NCBI GenBank assembly: GCA_029856125.1
Contig: JAHQWJ010000136.1
Coordinates: forward strand, 1 to 64,000
Length of the DNA stretch: 64,000 nucleotides
From: Promethearchaeia archaeon
GTDB taxonomy: Archaea; Asgardarchaeota; Lokiarchaeia; Sigyniarchaeales; SOKP01
Direction of reading: 5' to 3'
Shown piece by piece: positions 39,201 through 48,959 of the stretch; the stretch's first letter is position 1; the number at the start of each line of letters is the position of its first letter. The notes beneath the pieces were generated by a model, which worked only from the letters and a program-made list of their open reading frames with translations, was not told the origin of the DNA and searched no databases. Made by a program: the position numbers and the translations under genes.

Positions 39201-39740
39201 CTAAACCTCTGATTTCAGATCTTTTAATTTTTGTAATTTTGCTTTTTCCTTTCTTATTTTTCCCAATATACCGTTCACATCCTTTTCCATAGAGCTTAGA
39301 ATATATAATTTTTCTTCTATAGGAATATTTTTTTGCATTACATACTCCACTGGACTAGACCATATACAAAAAGTCGCTTCTTTTAGAAATTTCTCATGAT
39401 CAATTTCTATACCCCTTTCTGGAAATCTATGCTTAATAAATTCAAAAATCTTTCCAGTTTTTTGACGAAGTTCTATTAATTTGCTTTCACCTTTATCGGT
39501 CAGAAAATATAGGTGTTTAGGTCTTCCAGTATCTTTACTTACATCATCTTTTATTGATAAAAAACCTTCTTCTGCTAATATCTTCATCATTCGGTAAACC
39601 TTCGAATGTGGTATATTTCCAAATTTCTTCAAATCGTAGTAAGTTAAACCTTCTTGAAAATCTTTGACTGTATTGAATAGAAAAACCGTTTTTAAGTCCT
39701 CTGAGAATTCTATGAAAAATTTAAATTCTTTTGGCCACAT
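39201..39740 (-). CDS. PadR-like winged-helix transcription regulator
   Basis: 'KVYRMMKILAEEGFL...GRPKHLYFLTDKG'; heads the ABC operon. Confidence 0.82.
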   Translation of the reverse strand: MWPKEFKFFIEFSEDLKTVFLFNTVKDFQEGLTYYDLKKFGNIPHSKVYRMMKILAEEGFLSIKDDVSKDTGRPKHLYFLTDKGESKLIELRQKTGKIFEFIKHRFPERGIEIDHEKFLKEATFCIWSSPVEYVMQKNIPIEEKLYILSSMEKDVNGILGKIRKEKAKLQKLKDLKSEV

Positions 39741-39772
39741 TTTTGTAGAAAAGTAATTAATGAGAAAGTTTT

Positions 39773-39836
39773 TTTCAAAATGAAATATTATGAAAACTGA
39801 AATATTCTTTAATATATAATTTTTTTCATTTTGAAA
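39773..39836. promoter_or_regulatory. Two TTTCA-N3-TGAAA palindromes flanking a TATA-like box (candidate PadR operators)
   Basis: TTTCAAAATGAAA at 39773-39785 and TTTCATTTTGAAA at 39824-39836, with AATATATAAT between. Confidence 0.45.
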
Positions 39837-39910
39837 TATTACTATTTTTATGAAATCCTTTTATAATTAATCTCGATTATTTATATTAAAATTATAATTA
39901 AACGATTAAA

Positions 39911-41239
39911 ATGACCGAAGTTTTTATATCAGATACAAAAATGGGTGTTAGTAAGGCTGTAAATGAAATCTTTTCAAACTTAATGCGAACTGGACCAATC
40001 TTAAAAAGCTCAAAAGAAGTCTATATTAAGGTAAATGGAATTGATTCTAAGAAACACGCATACACATCGCCCGAAGTACTTAAAGAGGTAATAAAATATC
40101 TTGGAGATAAAGGTGCCAAGATTTATGTAATGGAGAATTCTACTCAAGCTAACATGACTCGAATTGTATTCGCAATCACTGGCTTTAAAGATGTATGTGA
40201 TGAAACTGGCGCAAATATAATATACTTAGACGAAGAGGATACGGAAATTTTTGAATTTAAAGGGAAACCTTCTGTAAAAGATAAATCGAAGGGATATAAC
40301 CTAAAAACTTTTAGATTGCCTAAAACCATCATTAAAATCATGAAAAATAGGGATTCAATCACTTATATAAATCTTCCTAAACTTAAAACTCATTCAATGG
40401 CAGGAGTAACGCTTGGAATAAAAAATCAATGGGGATTTCCCCAGCATGCTGATCGTGGAAAAGATCATAACTATAACCTACATTCAAAATTAGTAGATGT
40501 GTATGAATATATTAAACCAGACATAACGATTATTGATGGAATTGAGGGCACAATTCATGGGCATTACCCTCCTACAGCGTGGGAGGATCGACTAGTTAAA
40601 CATTTTAACATTTTAATAGGTGGAAGAGACACCTTAGCTGTAGATGTCGTTGGAGCAAGGATCTTTGGTTTAACCTTAGACGATGTCCCTCACCTTAAAA
40701 TAGCTAACAAGAGAGGATTGGGAGAAGGGGATTTAAGTAAAATTCAAGTAATTGGTAAAAATTTAGAAGAATTTACAGAGAAATACCAATGGGATTTACT
40801 ACAAGAGTTCCCTGAGAATGTTATGATTGTGAAGGGCACTGAATTATTATGTAGAGAGGGTTGCCAAAACAATCCCTTAGCTACTTTACAAGTATTTGCT
40901 TATGATCATAAAAAGAAATTCAAAGGAGGATGGTTTTTAGTCATGGGCAAAGGACACGACGAAAATCTTGTAGAAATTTTGAAGGAAAAAGGTTTTGTCA
41001 AAGGTTTAGTAGCAGGATATTGTGCTATTGATGAGGTGGGTGAACAACTTCGGAACGAATTCGGGAAACGTAAAGTTTTTTTTTCTGGTGATTGCAATAA
41101 TTTAGCTGACACAGTAAAAGCAATTCTCAAATTATCAAAAATGACCGTTTTTGATTTAGTATCACTTTCCACCGAAGAATTAATGTCCCTTATTGATAGT
41201 GCTAAGGAACACGGCAGTACCGCTTTAGTTCCATTGTAA
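39911..41239 (+). CDS. DUF362 family Fe-S protein
   Basis: 'INLPKLKTH...TLGIKN', 'IIDGIEG', 'DTLAVD', C-terminal Cys residues. Confidence 0.82.
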   Translation: MTEVFISDTKMGVSKAVNEIFSNLMRTGPILKSSKEVYIKVNGIDSKKHAYTSPEVLKEVIKYLGDKGAKIYVMENSTQANMTRIVFAITGFKDVCDETGANIIYLDEEDTEIFEFKGKPSVKDKSKGYNLKTFRLPKTIIKIMKNRDSITYINLPKLKTHSMAGVTLGIKNQWGFPQHADRGKDHNYNLHSKLVDVYEYIKPDITIIDGIEGTIHGHYPPTAWEDRLVKHFNILIGGRDTLAVDVVGARIFGLTLDDVPHLKIANKRGLGEGDLSKIQVIGKNLEEFTEKYQWDLLQEFPENVMIVKGTELLCREGCQNNPLATLQVFAYDHKKKFKGGWFLVMGKGHDENLVEILKEKGFVKGLVAGYCAIDEVGEQLRNEFGKRKVFFSGDCNNLADTVKAILKLSKMTVFDLVSLSTEELMSLIDSAKEHGSTALVPL

Positions 41240-41342
41240 TAATAAAATTAAAACATTTTTTTATTTCTTCTTCTTAAAAAATTTACATTTTTGTAAAAGA
41301 AAAATAATGTTTTATTAATAAGATGGTTCAATAAATTTAATA

Positions 41343-42086
41343 ATGGATTTTGAATCAAAATATTTTGATATAAGACAATTCCTCTCTATTTCTGAGCTAG
41401 AATTTAACTTGGATAAAAAGATTGATGAATATTTTAATTCAGATAGTCTTAAGATGGAAATTTTAAGTAAGATAACCCAATTTATCTATTATTTTTCAAT
41501 TTTTAAGAATATCAAACCTTTTATGAATTCTGTATATTATTGCATAGAAACTACTTTAGATCTTGGAGTTGAATCCGTAAGTGATTTTAAAGAGCTTCTA
41601 GTAAAAAATGCCTTGATGAAATTTGTTCAGGAATATATTGATTACGCTCAATTAACACAAAAAAGACAAGTATTAAATCTTTTATCAGATTCATTTGAGA
41701 AACTTCAAATTCAGCCTTTAATTATTAATTTAGGGTTACTTCTTAAGCCTATGTATCAAGATAAGGATTATCTTGATAGAGCAAATAAGAATAAGGATGT
41801 AAAAATCTCTTATTCCCTTCTTAATGAGATTGAAATTAAAATTAAAACCATTATTGATGATTGGTTGAAGGCTCAAGCTATTGCATTAAACAATCAGGAT
41901 GAAATTAAAAAAGAATTGGGAAAAAAATATGAGGATTTAGCGAGTAATTTTAAAATTATTAAAGGCTCTGATATATACAAAAAACTTTTCAGGGAAATAA
42001 TGGAAATGCTCTCAATGAGACTTACTATGATTAGTTTAACGGAATCGATATCGGACGATTCATTTGAACCTATCCCAATAAAATAA
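41343..42086 (+). CDS. Hypothetical helical protein
   Basis: 247-aa ORF, no recognisable motif. Confidence 0.6.
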   Translation: MDFESKYFDIRQFLSISELEFNLDKKIDEYFNSDSLKMEILSKITQFIYYFSIFKNIKPFMNSVYYCIETTLDLGVESVSDFKELLVKNALMKFVQEYIDYAQLTQKRQVLNLLSDSFEKLQIQPLIINLGLLLKPMYQDKDYLDRANKNKDVKISYSLLNEIEIKIKTIIDDWLKAQAIALNNQDEIKKELGKKYEDLASNFKIIKGSDIYKKLFREIMEMLSMRLTMISLTESISDDSFEPIPIK

Positions 42087-42255
42087 ATACCTAACTTAAA
42101 GTTCTGATTGTTGTTCCATTCCATAATTCTATGTTTTTAAAAATTGGAATAATTTGAACATTTAAGATATTGAAATCTATTAAATCGTAGATAAGTAAAT
42201 TATTAAATACAAATTTTGATATTATATTTAAAAAAAACAATAATTTACTCCTAGT

Positions 42256-43737
42256 GTGAGAAAATTGGAAGAAAACGATAAACCTTTAACCCCCGAAGAA
42301 ATAGAGAAACAGAAAAAGATTGTAGATGACCTATACAGAAAAGAAAAAGAAGATAGAGAAGATTACTTCAAGAGCTTCGAGGAAGAACGAAAAATTGCTT
42401 TTGAAGAGAGCAAAAATCTTATATCCTCATTAATATCAGAGAAAAGCTTCATGAGAGAAAAAAAAAGAGAACAAGATTTAATAAGAATGGAGATCAAACC
42501 TGAAATCGAAAAAGCAAGTGAAGCGATTGAAAAATCCATAAGTGAAAAAGCTTTTTTGAGAGAGAAACACAGAGAAGAAGATCATATAAGGATCGATCTA
42601 AAACTGGATATTAGAGGGGTAGGTGAAGCAATAAGTAAGACTGTTGACGATAAAGCTTTTTTAATTGAAAAAAGGAGAGAATCTGATGAACACAGAATGA
42701 AGATCAAACCTAACATTGAACATACAGGAGAGGTAATCAGTAAAAATATTGACGAAAAAGCTTTTTTAATAGAAAAAAAGAAAGAGAGCGCTTCGGTATT
42801 GCTAGATTTAAAACCGGACACGCAAACTGCAAGCAATGCAATTAGTAAATCCATAGAGGAGAAGTCTTTTTTAAGAGAAAAACAAAGAGAAAGCGATTTC
42901 AGTAGGATGCAGATCAAACCAGATTTTCTGAAAACGGGTGAAGCAATAAGCAAAACCATTGCTGAAAAAGCTTTTAGAATTGAGAAAAGAAAAGAGATCG
43001 AACAGAAAAAAATAGAAATACATCCAGATATTGAAGGCAAAGGAGAGGCAATAAAGGCAACTATTAACGAAAAAGCATTTCGGATTGATATGGAAAAAGA
43101 TAAAGAACGAAAAATAAAAGATATGAAACCAGACACAACCAAAGCCGGAGAATCTATAGCCCAATCTATTGGAACAAAAGCTTTTCTACGCGAAACGCAT
43201 AGAGAAAAGGATTTTGAGAGAATAGATTTGAAACCAGATTTCTTAAAAACTGGAAATGCAATTAGCACTACAGTAGCTGAAAAAGCTTTTAGAATGGAAA
43301 AAAGTCGCGAAATTGACGAAAAAAAAAGTGAACTAAAACCTGATATAAAAAAAACCGCAGAATTAATTAGCAAATCTATAGAAGAAAAAGCTTTTTTAAG
43401 AGAAAAGCACAGAATTGAGGATTCTAAACGAATGGAAATAAAACCAGACATAACAAAAGCGAGCCAAGCTATTAAATCTTCAATTGACGATAAGGCGTTT
43501 AGAATTGAGAAGCAAAAAGAGATGAACCAGAAAAGAATGGAATTAAAACCAGACTTTGAGAAATCTAGCGACGCTATTCAAAAAACAATTGGGGAGAAAG
43601 CATTTATTATCGAAAAACAAAAAACACGCGATTCAGAACTAATAGAACTTAACCCAGATATTAAAGGTATTGGTTCATTAATCGAAGGAAAGATTGAAAA
43701 AATTGAACAGAAGAAAAAAGACGAGAATACTACTTAA
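42256..43737 (+). CDS. Charged tandem-repeat protein, ~12 x 35 aa
   Basis: Consensus KPDIxKxGEAISKTIxEKAFxxEKxRExDxxRMEL recurring every 35 aa (105 nt). Confidence 0.8.
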   Translation: MRKLEENDKPLTPEEIEKQKKIVDDLYRKEKEDREDYFKSFEEERKIAFEESKNLISSLISEKSFMREKKREQDLIRMEIKPEIEKASEAIEKSISEKAFLREKHREEDHIRIDLKLDIRGVGEAISKTVDDKAFLIEKRRESDEHRMKIKPNIEHTGEVISKNIDEKAFLIEKKKESASVLLDLKPDTQTASNAISKSIEEKSFLREKQRESDFSRMQIKPDFLKTGEAISKTIAEKAFRIEKRKEIEQKKIEIHPDIEGKGEAIKATINEKAFRIDMEKDKERKIKDMKPDTTKAGESIAQSIGTKAFLRETHREKDFERIDLKPDFLKTGNAISTTVAEKAFRMEKSREIDEKKSELKPDIKKTAELISKSIEEKAFLREKHRIEDSKRMEIKPDITKASQAIKSSIDDKAFRIEKQKEMNQKRMELKPDFEKSSDAIQKTIGEKAFIIEKQKTRDSELIELNPDIKGIGSLIEGKIEKIEQKKKDENTT

Positions 43738-43768
43738 AGGTTGAAATCTTCTTTACTCTTATCTAAAG

Positions 43769-44272
43769 CTATAATTGGACATCAAATTTGAATAAAGTAT
43801 TTAAATTCATATTTTCTAATCTTTTTTTATATTGTAGAATTGAAGGGTCTACATTTCCATTAAAGTTCCTTATTGCAGATTCGAACCTATAGTAAAAATC
43901 TTCCATAATTTGATGTAAAATTACTCTCTCTACTTGTAAATTGGTTTTTTTCGAAATCGCAATCACTGATAATCTCCCTCTCCTCTCGTATAAAATTCGA
44001 CTCTCTTTAAAATTCACTTCTTGAATCTCATCGTTCATTGATTCAGGTTTAATCTCACTTATAAAAAGATTAAGAGCGTTAAGAAACCCACTTATCAAAT
44101 CTTCATGAGAAGAAAATTTAGCGTTGCGCGTATATTTTTTGCTAAGCAGTAATGAACCACTTATATTGTCTAAGAAGTAAATCGCGTGAAAACGATTATC
44201 GTCTGAATTAAATCTATCGATATTAAATCCATACGTTTTTTCTGAATTTCTGTTAATCCATTTGTACGACAT
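43769..44272 (-). CDS. Longin-like domain protein
   Basis: 'AIYFLDNISGSLLLSKKY...DLISGFLNALNLF...IMEDFYYRF...FNG'. Confidence 0.7.
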   Translation of the reverse strand: MSYKWINRNSEKTYGFNIDRFNSDDNRFHAIYFLDNISGSLLLSKKYTRNAKFSSHEDLISGFLNALNLFISEIKPESMNDEIQEVNFKESRILYERRGRLSVIAISKKTNLQVERVILHQIMEDFYYRFESAIRNFNGNVDPSILQYKKRLENMNLNTLFKFDVQL

Positions 44273-44445
44273 CTTTCCACTACTTTCTAACCTAAAACTA
44301 TTCCTACTAAAAAATGAAAACGATTACGATTTAAAATGTAAATATTATCTTAGTGACATCTATATACTTTTCAAAAAAAAACTAAAAATTTAAAATAAAA
44401 TCATTTTATTATTAGACATATACTCTTCTTATCACATTTTAAATT

Positions 44446-44919
44446 TTGATGAACATGGGTGTAAATAACAACTACGGAAAACAAAAAAATAAAATTTCTA
44501 TTGGAAAAATCTTATCAAGAGAAGATTTCAAATCCACTATCTTTCCAGAAGAAGTTAAAGTGGAAGTAAACGAAGCTCCTTATTACTTGTTAATTTTCAT
44601 TTCTCGCGAAGATTCAATAAAAATTAGCTGCTTTCCTACTAATACATATGATATAAAAAAAATTCTAATTAAGTTGATTGAGTTCTCACCTGATCTAGTG
44701 AAGGGAATATCGACCATACTTAATGATCTTCACTTAAGTAAAGACATCCTCCATACTACGGGAATTTGTTATGAGCTAGAAAATTGCTTCTATGAAACCT
44801 ATCTGTTAGGAGATACTCTAAAATCGGGGACCATATCTGTAGACGCTATAAAGGAAAAATTCCTCGCAATTGAGAAAATTGTCAATGTCTCAATAGAAGA
44901 TATTCCGATCCATAATTAA
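44446..44919 (+). CDS. Hypothetical protein (possible ACT-like C-terminal fold)
   Basis: 157-aa ORF; 'ILHTTGIC...CFYETY'. Confidence 0.55.
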   Translation: MMNMGVNNNYGKQKNKISIGKILSREDFKSTIFPEEVKVEVNEAPYYLLIFISREDSIKISCFPTNTYDIKKILIKLIEFSPDLVKGISTILNDLHLSKDILHTTGICYELENCFYETYLLGDTLKSGTISVDAIKEKFLAIEKIVNVSIEDIPIHN

Positions 44920-44922
44920 TAA

Positions 44923-45141
44923 ATGTCTCATAAAATGAGCGATAAAAAAATACCCCCTCCCCCAACACTACCGCCCTCTTTTACCGTATCAGATAATTTA
45001 TGTCTGTTTCATAAAGGCGATTTGTCAGAAGAAATTTATACTTGTCCTAAGTGTAAAACTAAATATTGCCTAGAATGCGCAAAAAAAGCTCAGGCTGATA
45101 GGAAATCGTGTATTAAATGTAAACAGATTGTTTTATTATAG
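44923..45141 (+). CDS. Small RING/zinc-finger-like protein with proline-rich N-terminus
   Basis: PPPPTLPP; C-x2-H, C-x2-C, C-x2-C, C-x2-C. Confidence 0.7.
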   Translation: MSHKMSDKKIPPPPTLPPSFTVSDNLCLFHKGDLSEEIYTCPKCKTKYCLECAKKAQADRKSCIKCKQIVLL

Positions 45142-45570
45142 TTTTTTTATATGCCCCTCCTCAAGTGAACCAGCTCTTATTGAACTTAAACTACGCCACG
45201 TCTTCCAAAAAATTAACCATAATATTATAAAAATAAATACAGTTGTAGCGAAAGTGTAACCTCCAATAAATAGGTCCACAATAAGTAAAAAGGGAATCCC
45301 CGCAATCGCAAATCCTATCAAATAACCATACCCCCAATACCTGTTAACTAAGGCTATTATTATACCAGGAATCATCGTCGTGAATATGATTGAAAGAAAC
45401 GCTAAAACTTCAATTGAGCGAGGAGCATCTTGTATATACGTCATATTTACCCAAGATGCTACAAAACCAATTATTACGAACAATAAAGTCCAAATATTTA
45501 TCCTTAAATCTTTCTCGGCCTTATCTCGATCGTTTTGATTTGACTCTGCTTTTTTCTGCAACAATGTCAC
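45136..45570 (-). CDS. Four-TM membrane protein
   Basis: Four hydrophobic segments. Confidence 0.65.
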   Translation of the reverse strand: MTLLQKKAESNQNDRDKAEKDLRINIWTLLFVIIGFVASWVNMTYIQDAPRSIEVLAFLSIIFTTMIPGIIIALVNRYWGYGYLIGFAIAGIPFLLIVDLFIGGYTFATTVFIFIILWLIFWKTWRSLSSIRAGSLEEGHIKKL

Positions 45571-45847
45571 TTCTTACCGAACAATTAAAAAAAAATAAAT
45601 TCTTTTAAGTTGCTAAAGATAATTCTCATTATAAAAAATAATTGACGATTAACTAATAGGAAATTAGGAAAATTTTGTTTAGAAAAGTGTAGAGTTCATT
45701 ACATTCCGACAAAAGTTTCAAAATATTGACAATTCTTTTAAATAAGACGAAAGATATTAGTATAATAAGATAAAAATTTATATGTGTAAAACATATAATT
45801 ATCGTTGAAGATAGAAGTTTATACATAACACAAAACAAATCTAAAAA

Positions 45848-45997
45848 AAATAAAATAGGGATTTACATAAAACCATGACTCCTGCCCCGCCCTGGATTTT
45901 TGTCTTTTGGTAGTGTGGTAATACACACTCATTTCGCCCTCCTCCCCCTATTTTATTTCTGACCTTATTATTAGGTCTTGGTGGCAGGAGTCTCCCT
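45848..45997. ncRNA. Candidate structured non-coding RNA (family unknown; minus strand favoured)
   Basis: GC-rich island in AT-rich spacer with two long inverted repeats (10 bp and 13 bp) and two hairpins. Confidence 0.45.
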
Positions 45998-46426
45998 TTA
46001 TTATATTAGAAAAAAGAAAAAAATGATATAATTATTAATTTATTTTTCTATTGTTGAAAATGAAATATAAAGTTTACACTGAAATTAACCGGTAAATTCT
46101 TATTATTACCAGTAGTTCCCAAATAAAAACCTATTTCATAACAAGTTGTAGAAATAATTGGGTCGGGAGAACCATTATTCCGTTTCGTTTTCCAAAATTT
46201 CTCTTTACATTTGAATTTAGATTTTGTTTTTTTTATGTGTTGCTAAACTAGAAAATTTTGAGTTGGAAAAAGTAGAAGAAACTTATTGGCTTTTAGTTGT
46301 AAAGCAATCCTTTTTTATTAGATAATACTTAAAATACTATTAATTTTCTTATAAAATTAAAATAGAATGTTGTTTTAATTAAACAAATTGTTAATTAAAC
46401 AAAATGATTCTTAAAAATTAACGAAA

Positions 46427-48136
46427 TTGATACTTATGACAGAAGAAATTATAAGACGGACAACGAGTATTTGCCCAGAATGCTTACAAACCATTCCAGC
46501 GGAGATCTATGTTGATCCAAAAACTAACTGGGTCATGATGAGAAAAGATTGTAAAGAACACGGACATTTTAAAGACAAGCTTTCCATCGATCCAGATGAA
46601 TACAAATGGGGCGAAACGTTCACAGACGACATAGGATCTACAGTTGATAACTCTACTAAACCTGAATATGTTAGTTCAGGATTAAAGGAGTGTGATGAAG
46701 GCTGTCCATACGATTGTGGCCTCTGTGAAAATCATAAAAGCGCACCTAATATATGCCTAATCGACATTACAAATCGCTGTAATTTAACCTGCCCAATTTG
46801 TTTTGCTAACGCAAGCGCAAAAGGGTATGTTGTAGAGCCTACAATCGAACAAATTTTCCAAATAATGGAACACTTCAGGTCTATGAAACCTGTTGCAGCA
46901 GTTATGCTCCAAATATCTGGGGGAGAACCTACAATTAGAGATGATCTTCCAGACATCATCCGGGAAGGAAAAAGACTCGGTTTCTCTGAAGTTATGGTTA
47001 CAACTAACGGTATAAGGTTCGCCAAATCTATTGACTTTTTACAAAAGTGCAAAGACGCGGGAATGGACGCCATCTACTTACAATTTGATGCAACGGACGA
47101 TCCTGAAGCCTGGAAAAAGGTTCGTGGCGTAAATCTATGGCCTTTAAAGAAACGCGTTATTGAAAACTGTCGAAAAATTGGATATTTTGGTTTAATGTTA
47201 GTTCCTGTAATCGCCAGAGGTGTTAACGACCACGAAATCGGAAACATTTTAGACTTTGCTAAGGATAATAGCGATGTGATTTCTGGAGTAGTTTTCCAAC
47301 CTGTCTCACTTTGTGGGAGGATAAGTTTTGAAGAATTGATGGATTTGAGGTACACTACTTCAGATCTCAAGGTGGCAATAAATAAACACACAAATAATGC
47401 TATTAGAAAATTCTATCCCATCGCAACTACAGCAAAAATGACCCGCTTATTAGCTTGGTTCGATAATATGCCCGAATTTGGTATGACGAGCCATAAAGAT
47501 TGTGGATTTGCTACAATTATTATCGTTAACGATAAAGACGAATGGGAATCCCTCGATGATTATTTTGATTCAGAAGGACTAATTAAATGGTCAAATAAAG
47601 TTTATGACATGGTTCAAAAAAAAGAAATCCCGAAACCCACTGGGTTCTTAAAAGGTATAAACTTGGAAGATTTCGGAGCCGTAGCTAGTACTATTGGGAA
47701 ATTTATAGACGAGATGACTGATTTAGGATATCGGCAAATGATGAAAGCTTATTATTTTGCCGGAGGAATTAAGTTCGTAAAACATCCAGAAAAAGTCTTA
47801 ACAAGTAAAACCTACCAAAGCTTTGCTAGAATTATAGCATCTCCTAACTTAGCAAGCGCCGCGAACTTCTTGCACAACAAGAACCTTATGATTTCGGCGA
47901 TGCATTTTCAAGACGCATACAACTTCGATTTAGACAGAGTTTGTAGATGTTTAGTTCATTACGGCGTAGTAGATCCTGATGACAACTCAAAGACACTCGA
48001 AATACCATTCTGTGCTATGAATACGCTACATCGGGAAAGAATTGAGCTTGCAAACGCCATTAAAGGCGAGGAAGCTAAAAAAGCTGAAGTTATCCAAGCT
48101 GAAATTAAAGAGCTTTTAGAAACCGTAAAAGAATAA
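46427..48136 (+). CDS. tes: Tetraether lipid synthase (Tes / GDGT-MAS, MJ0619 family radical SAM)
   Basis: N-terminal 'SICPEC...KDCKEHG', 'GCPYDCGLCENH', CNLTCPIC, 'HKDCG', C-terminal 'MHFQDAYNFDLDRVCRCLVHY...IPFCAMN'. Confidence 0.85.
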   Translation: MILMTEEIIRRTTSICPECLQTIPAEIYVDPKTNWVMMRKDCKEHGHFKDKLSIDPDEYKWGETFTDDIGSTVDNSTKPEYVSSGLKECDEGCPYDCGLCENHKSAPNICLIDITNRCNLTCPICFANASAKGYVVEPTIEQIFQIMEHFRSMKPVAAVMLQISGGEPTIRDDLPDIIREGKRLGFSEVMVTTNGIRFAKSIDFLQKCKDAGMDAIYLQFDATDDPEAWKKVRGVNLWPLKKRVIENCRKIGYFGLMLVPVIARGVNDHEIGNILDFAKDNSDVISGVVFQPVSLCGRISFEELMDLRYTTSDLKVAINKHTNNAIRKFYPIATTAKMTRLLAWFDNMPEFGMTSHKDCGFATIIIVNDKDEWESLDDYFDSEGLIKWSNKVYDMVQKKEIPKPTGFLKGINLEDFGAVASTIGKFIDEMTDLGYRQMMKAYYFAGGIKFVKHPEKVLTSKTYQSFARIIASPNLASAANFLHNKNLMISAMHFQDAYNFDLDRVCRCLVHYGVVDPDDNSKTLEIPFCAMNTLHRERIELANAIKGEEAKKAEVIQAEIKELLETVKE

Positions 48137-48281
48137 TCATTTTTTAAAATTTTAATATTGTTTTATTACTTATTTTTTCTTCATTTTTAAGAAATTAAAG
48201 ATTGCTTACTAACAAATAATATATAAATTTAGACTCTTATTTATTAGATATATATAAAGTAGTAGTTATTATTCGGAATTT

Positions 48282-48869
48282 ATGGAACGCAATACGGATA
48301 TAATAGGAGAATATCGGGGAACAGTCAAAAACAGAGTGTTAACTGCGTTATTGCAGTCCTATATGGATAACTTAGATTACGATGGGATGAAATCGATTTT
48401 AAAAGAAGCAGGGCTGTTAGAATTAAAAGATATACGAGAAGTAGATCCCGAGGGAGAAATCGACTTTTTTTCGTTTAAAAAGATAATTTCTGCTCAAAAT
48501 TGTTTGCTGTACGATTCAACTGATTTATTATCGGAAATTGGGAGAAAATTCTCATTTTATTTGTTCCCTTTTGGAAAAGTTTTTGAAGAGATTGTCGAAG
48601 AGATAAATAAAATGGTTGTTGCTGATTGGCATGTTAAGATTGTGGAAAATAGAGCTGAATCCGTCATTATTCGGGTTGACAAATGCATTTTTTGTTCGGA
48701 AATCGGAGTTTCCTGCGAGCTTTTTAAGAGTTTTTTAATTCATTCGTTAGAAAAAAGTTTACCCTCTGATTATCGTGTCGTTTCATACGAAACGAAAGAA
48801 AATATTAATAATCCTAATCATAATTCTTTCATTTTGAAATTACGAATTGAGAAAACATTTATATCTTAA
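48282..48869 (+). CDS. V4R/H-NOX-like fold protein
   Basis: 'SILKEAGL', 'IIRVDKCIFC...SCELFKSFLIHSLE'. Confidence 0.55.
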   Translation: MERNTDIIGEYRGTVKNRVLTALLQSYMDNLDYDGMKSILKEAGLLELKDIREVDPEGEIDFFSFKKIISAQNCLLYDSTDLLSEIGRKFSFYLFPFGKVFEEIVEEINKMVVADWHVKIVENRAESVIIRVDKCIFCSEIGVSCELFKSFLIHSLEKSLPSDYRVVSYETKENINNPNHNSFILKLRIEKTFIS

Positions 48870-48959
48870 AATAACGAAAGCTTAAATATATCAAAAATCA
48901 AAATACTTTTTGTTATTATTAATTCAATTCTAAAAATCATAACTTAATTAGTATTAAAA

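Noticed and set aside
42582-43451. 289-aa antisense ORF
   Set aside because: Shadow of the K/E-rich repeat gene; S/F/L/I-rich composition typical of antisense frames.
42400-43700. CRISPR-like periodic repeats or PPR protein
   Set aside because: The 105-nt period is coding and degenerate with no spacer structure; the residue pattern is too charged for a PPR helical hairpin.
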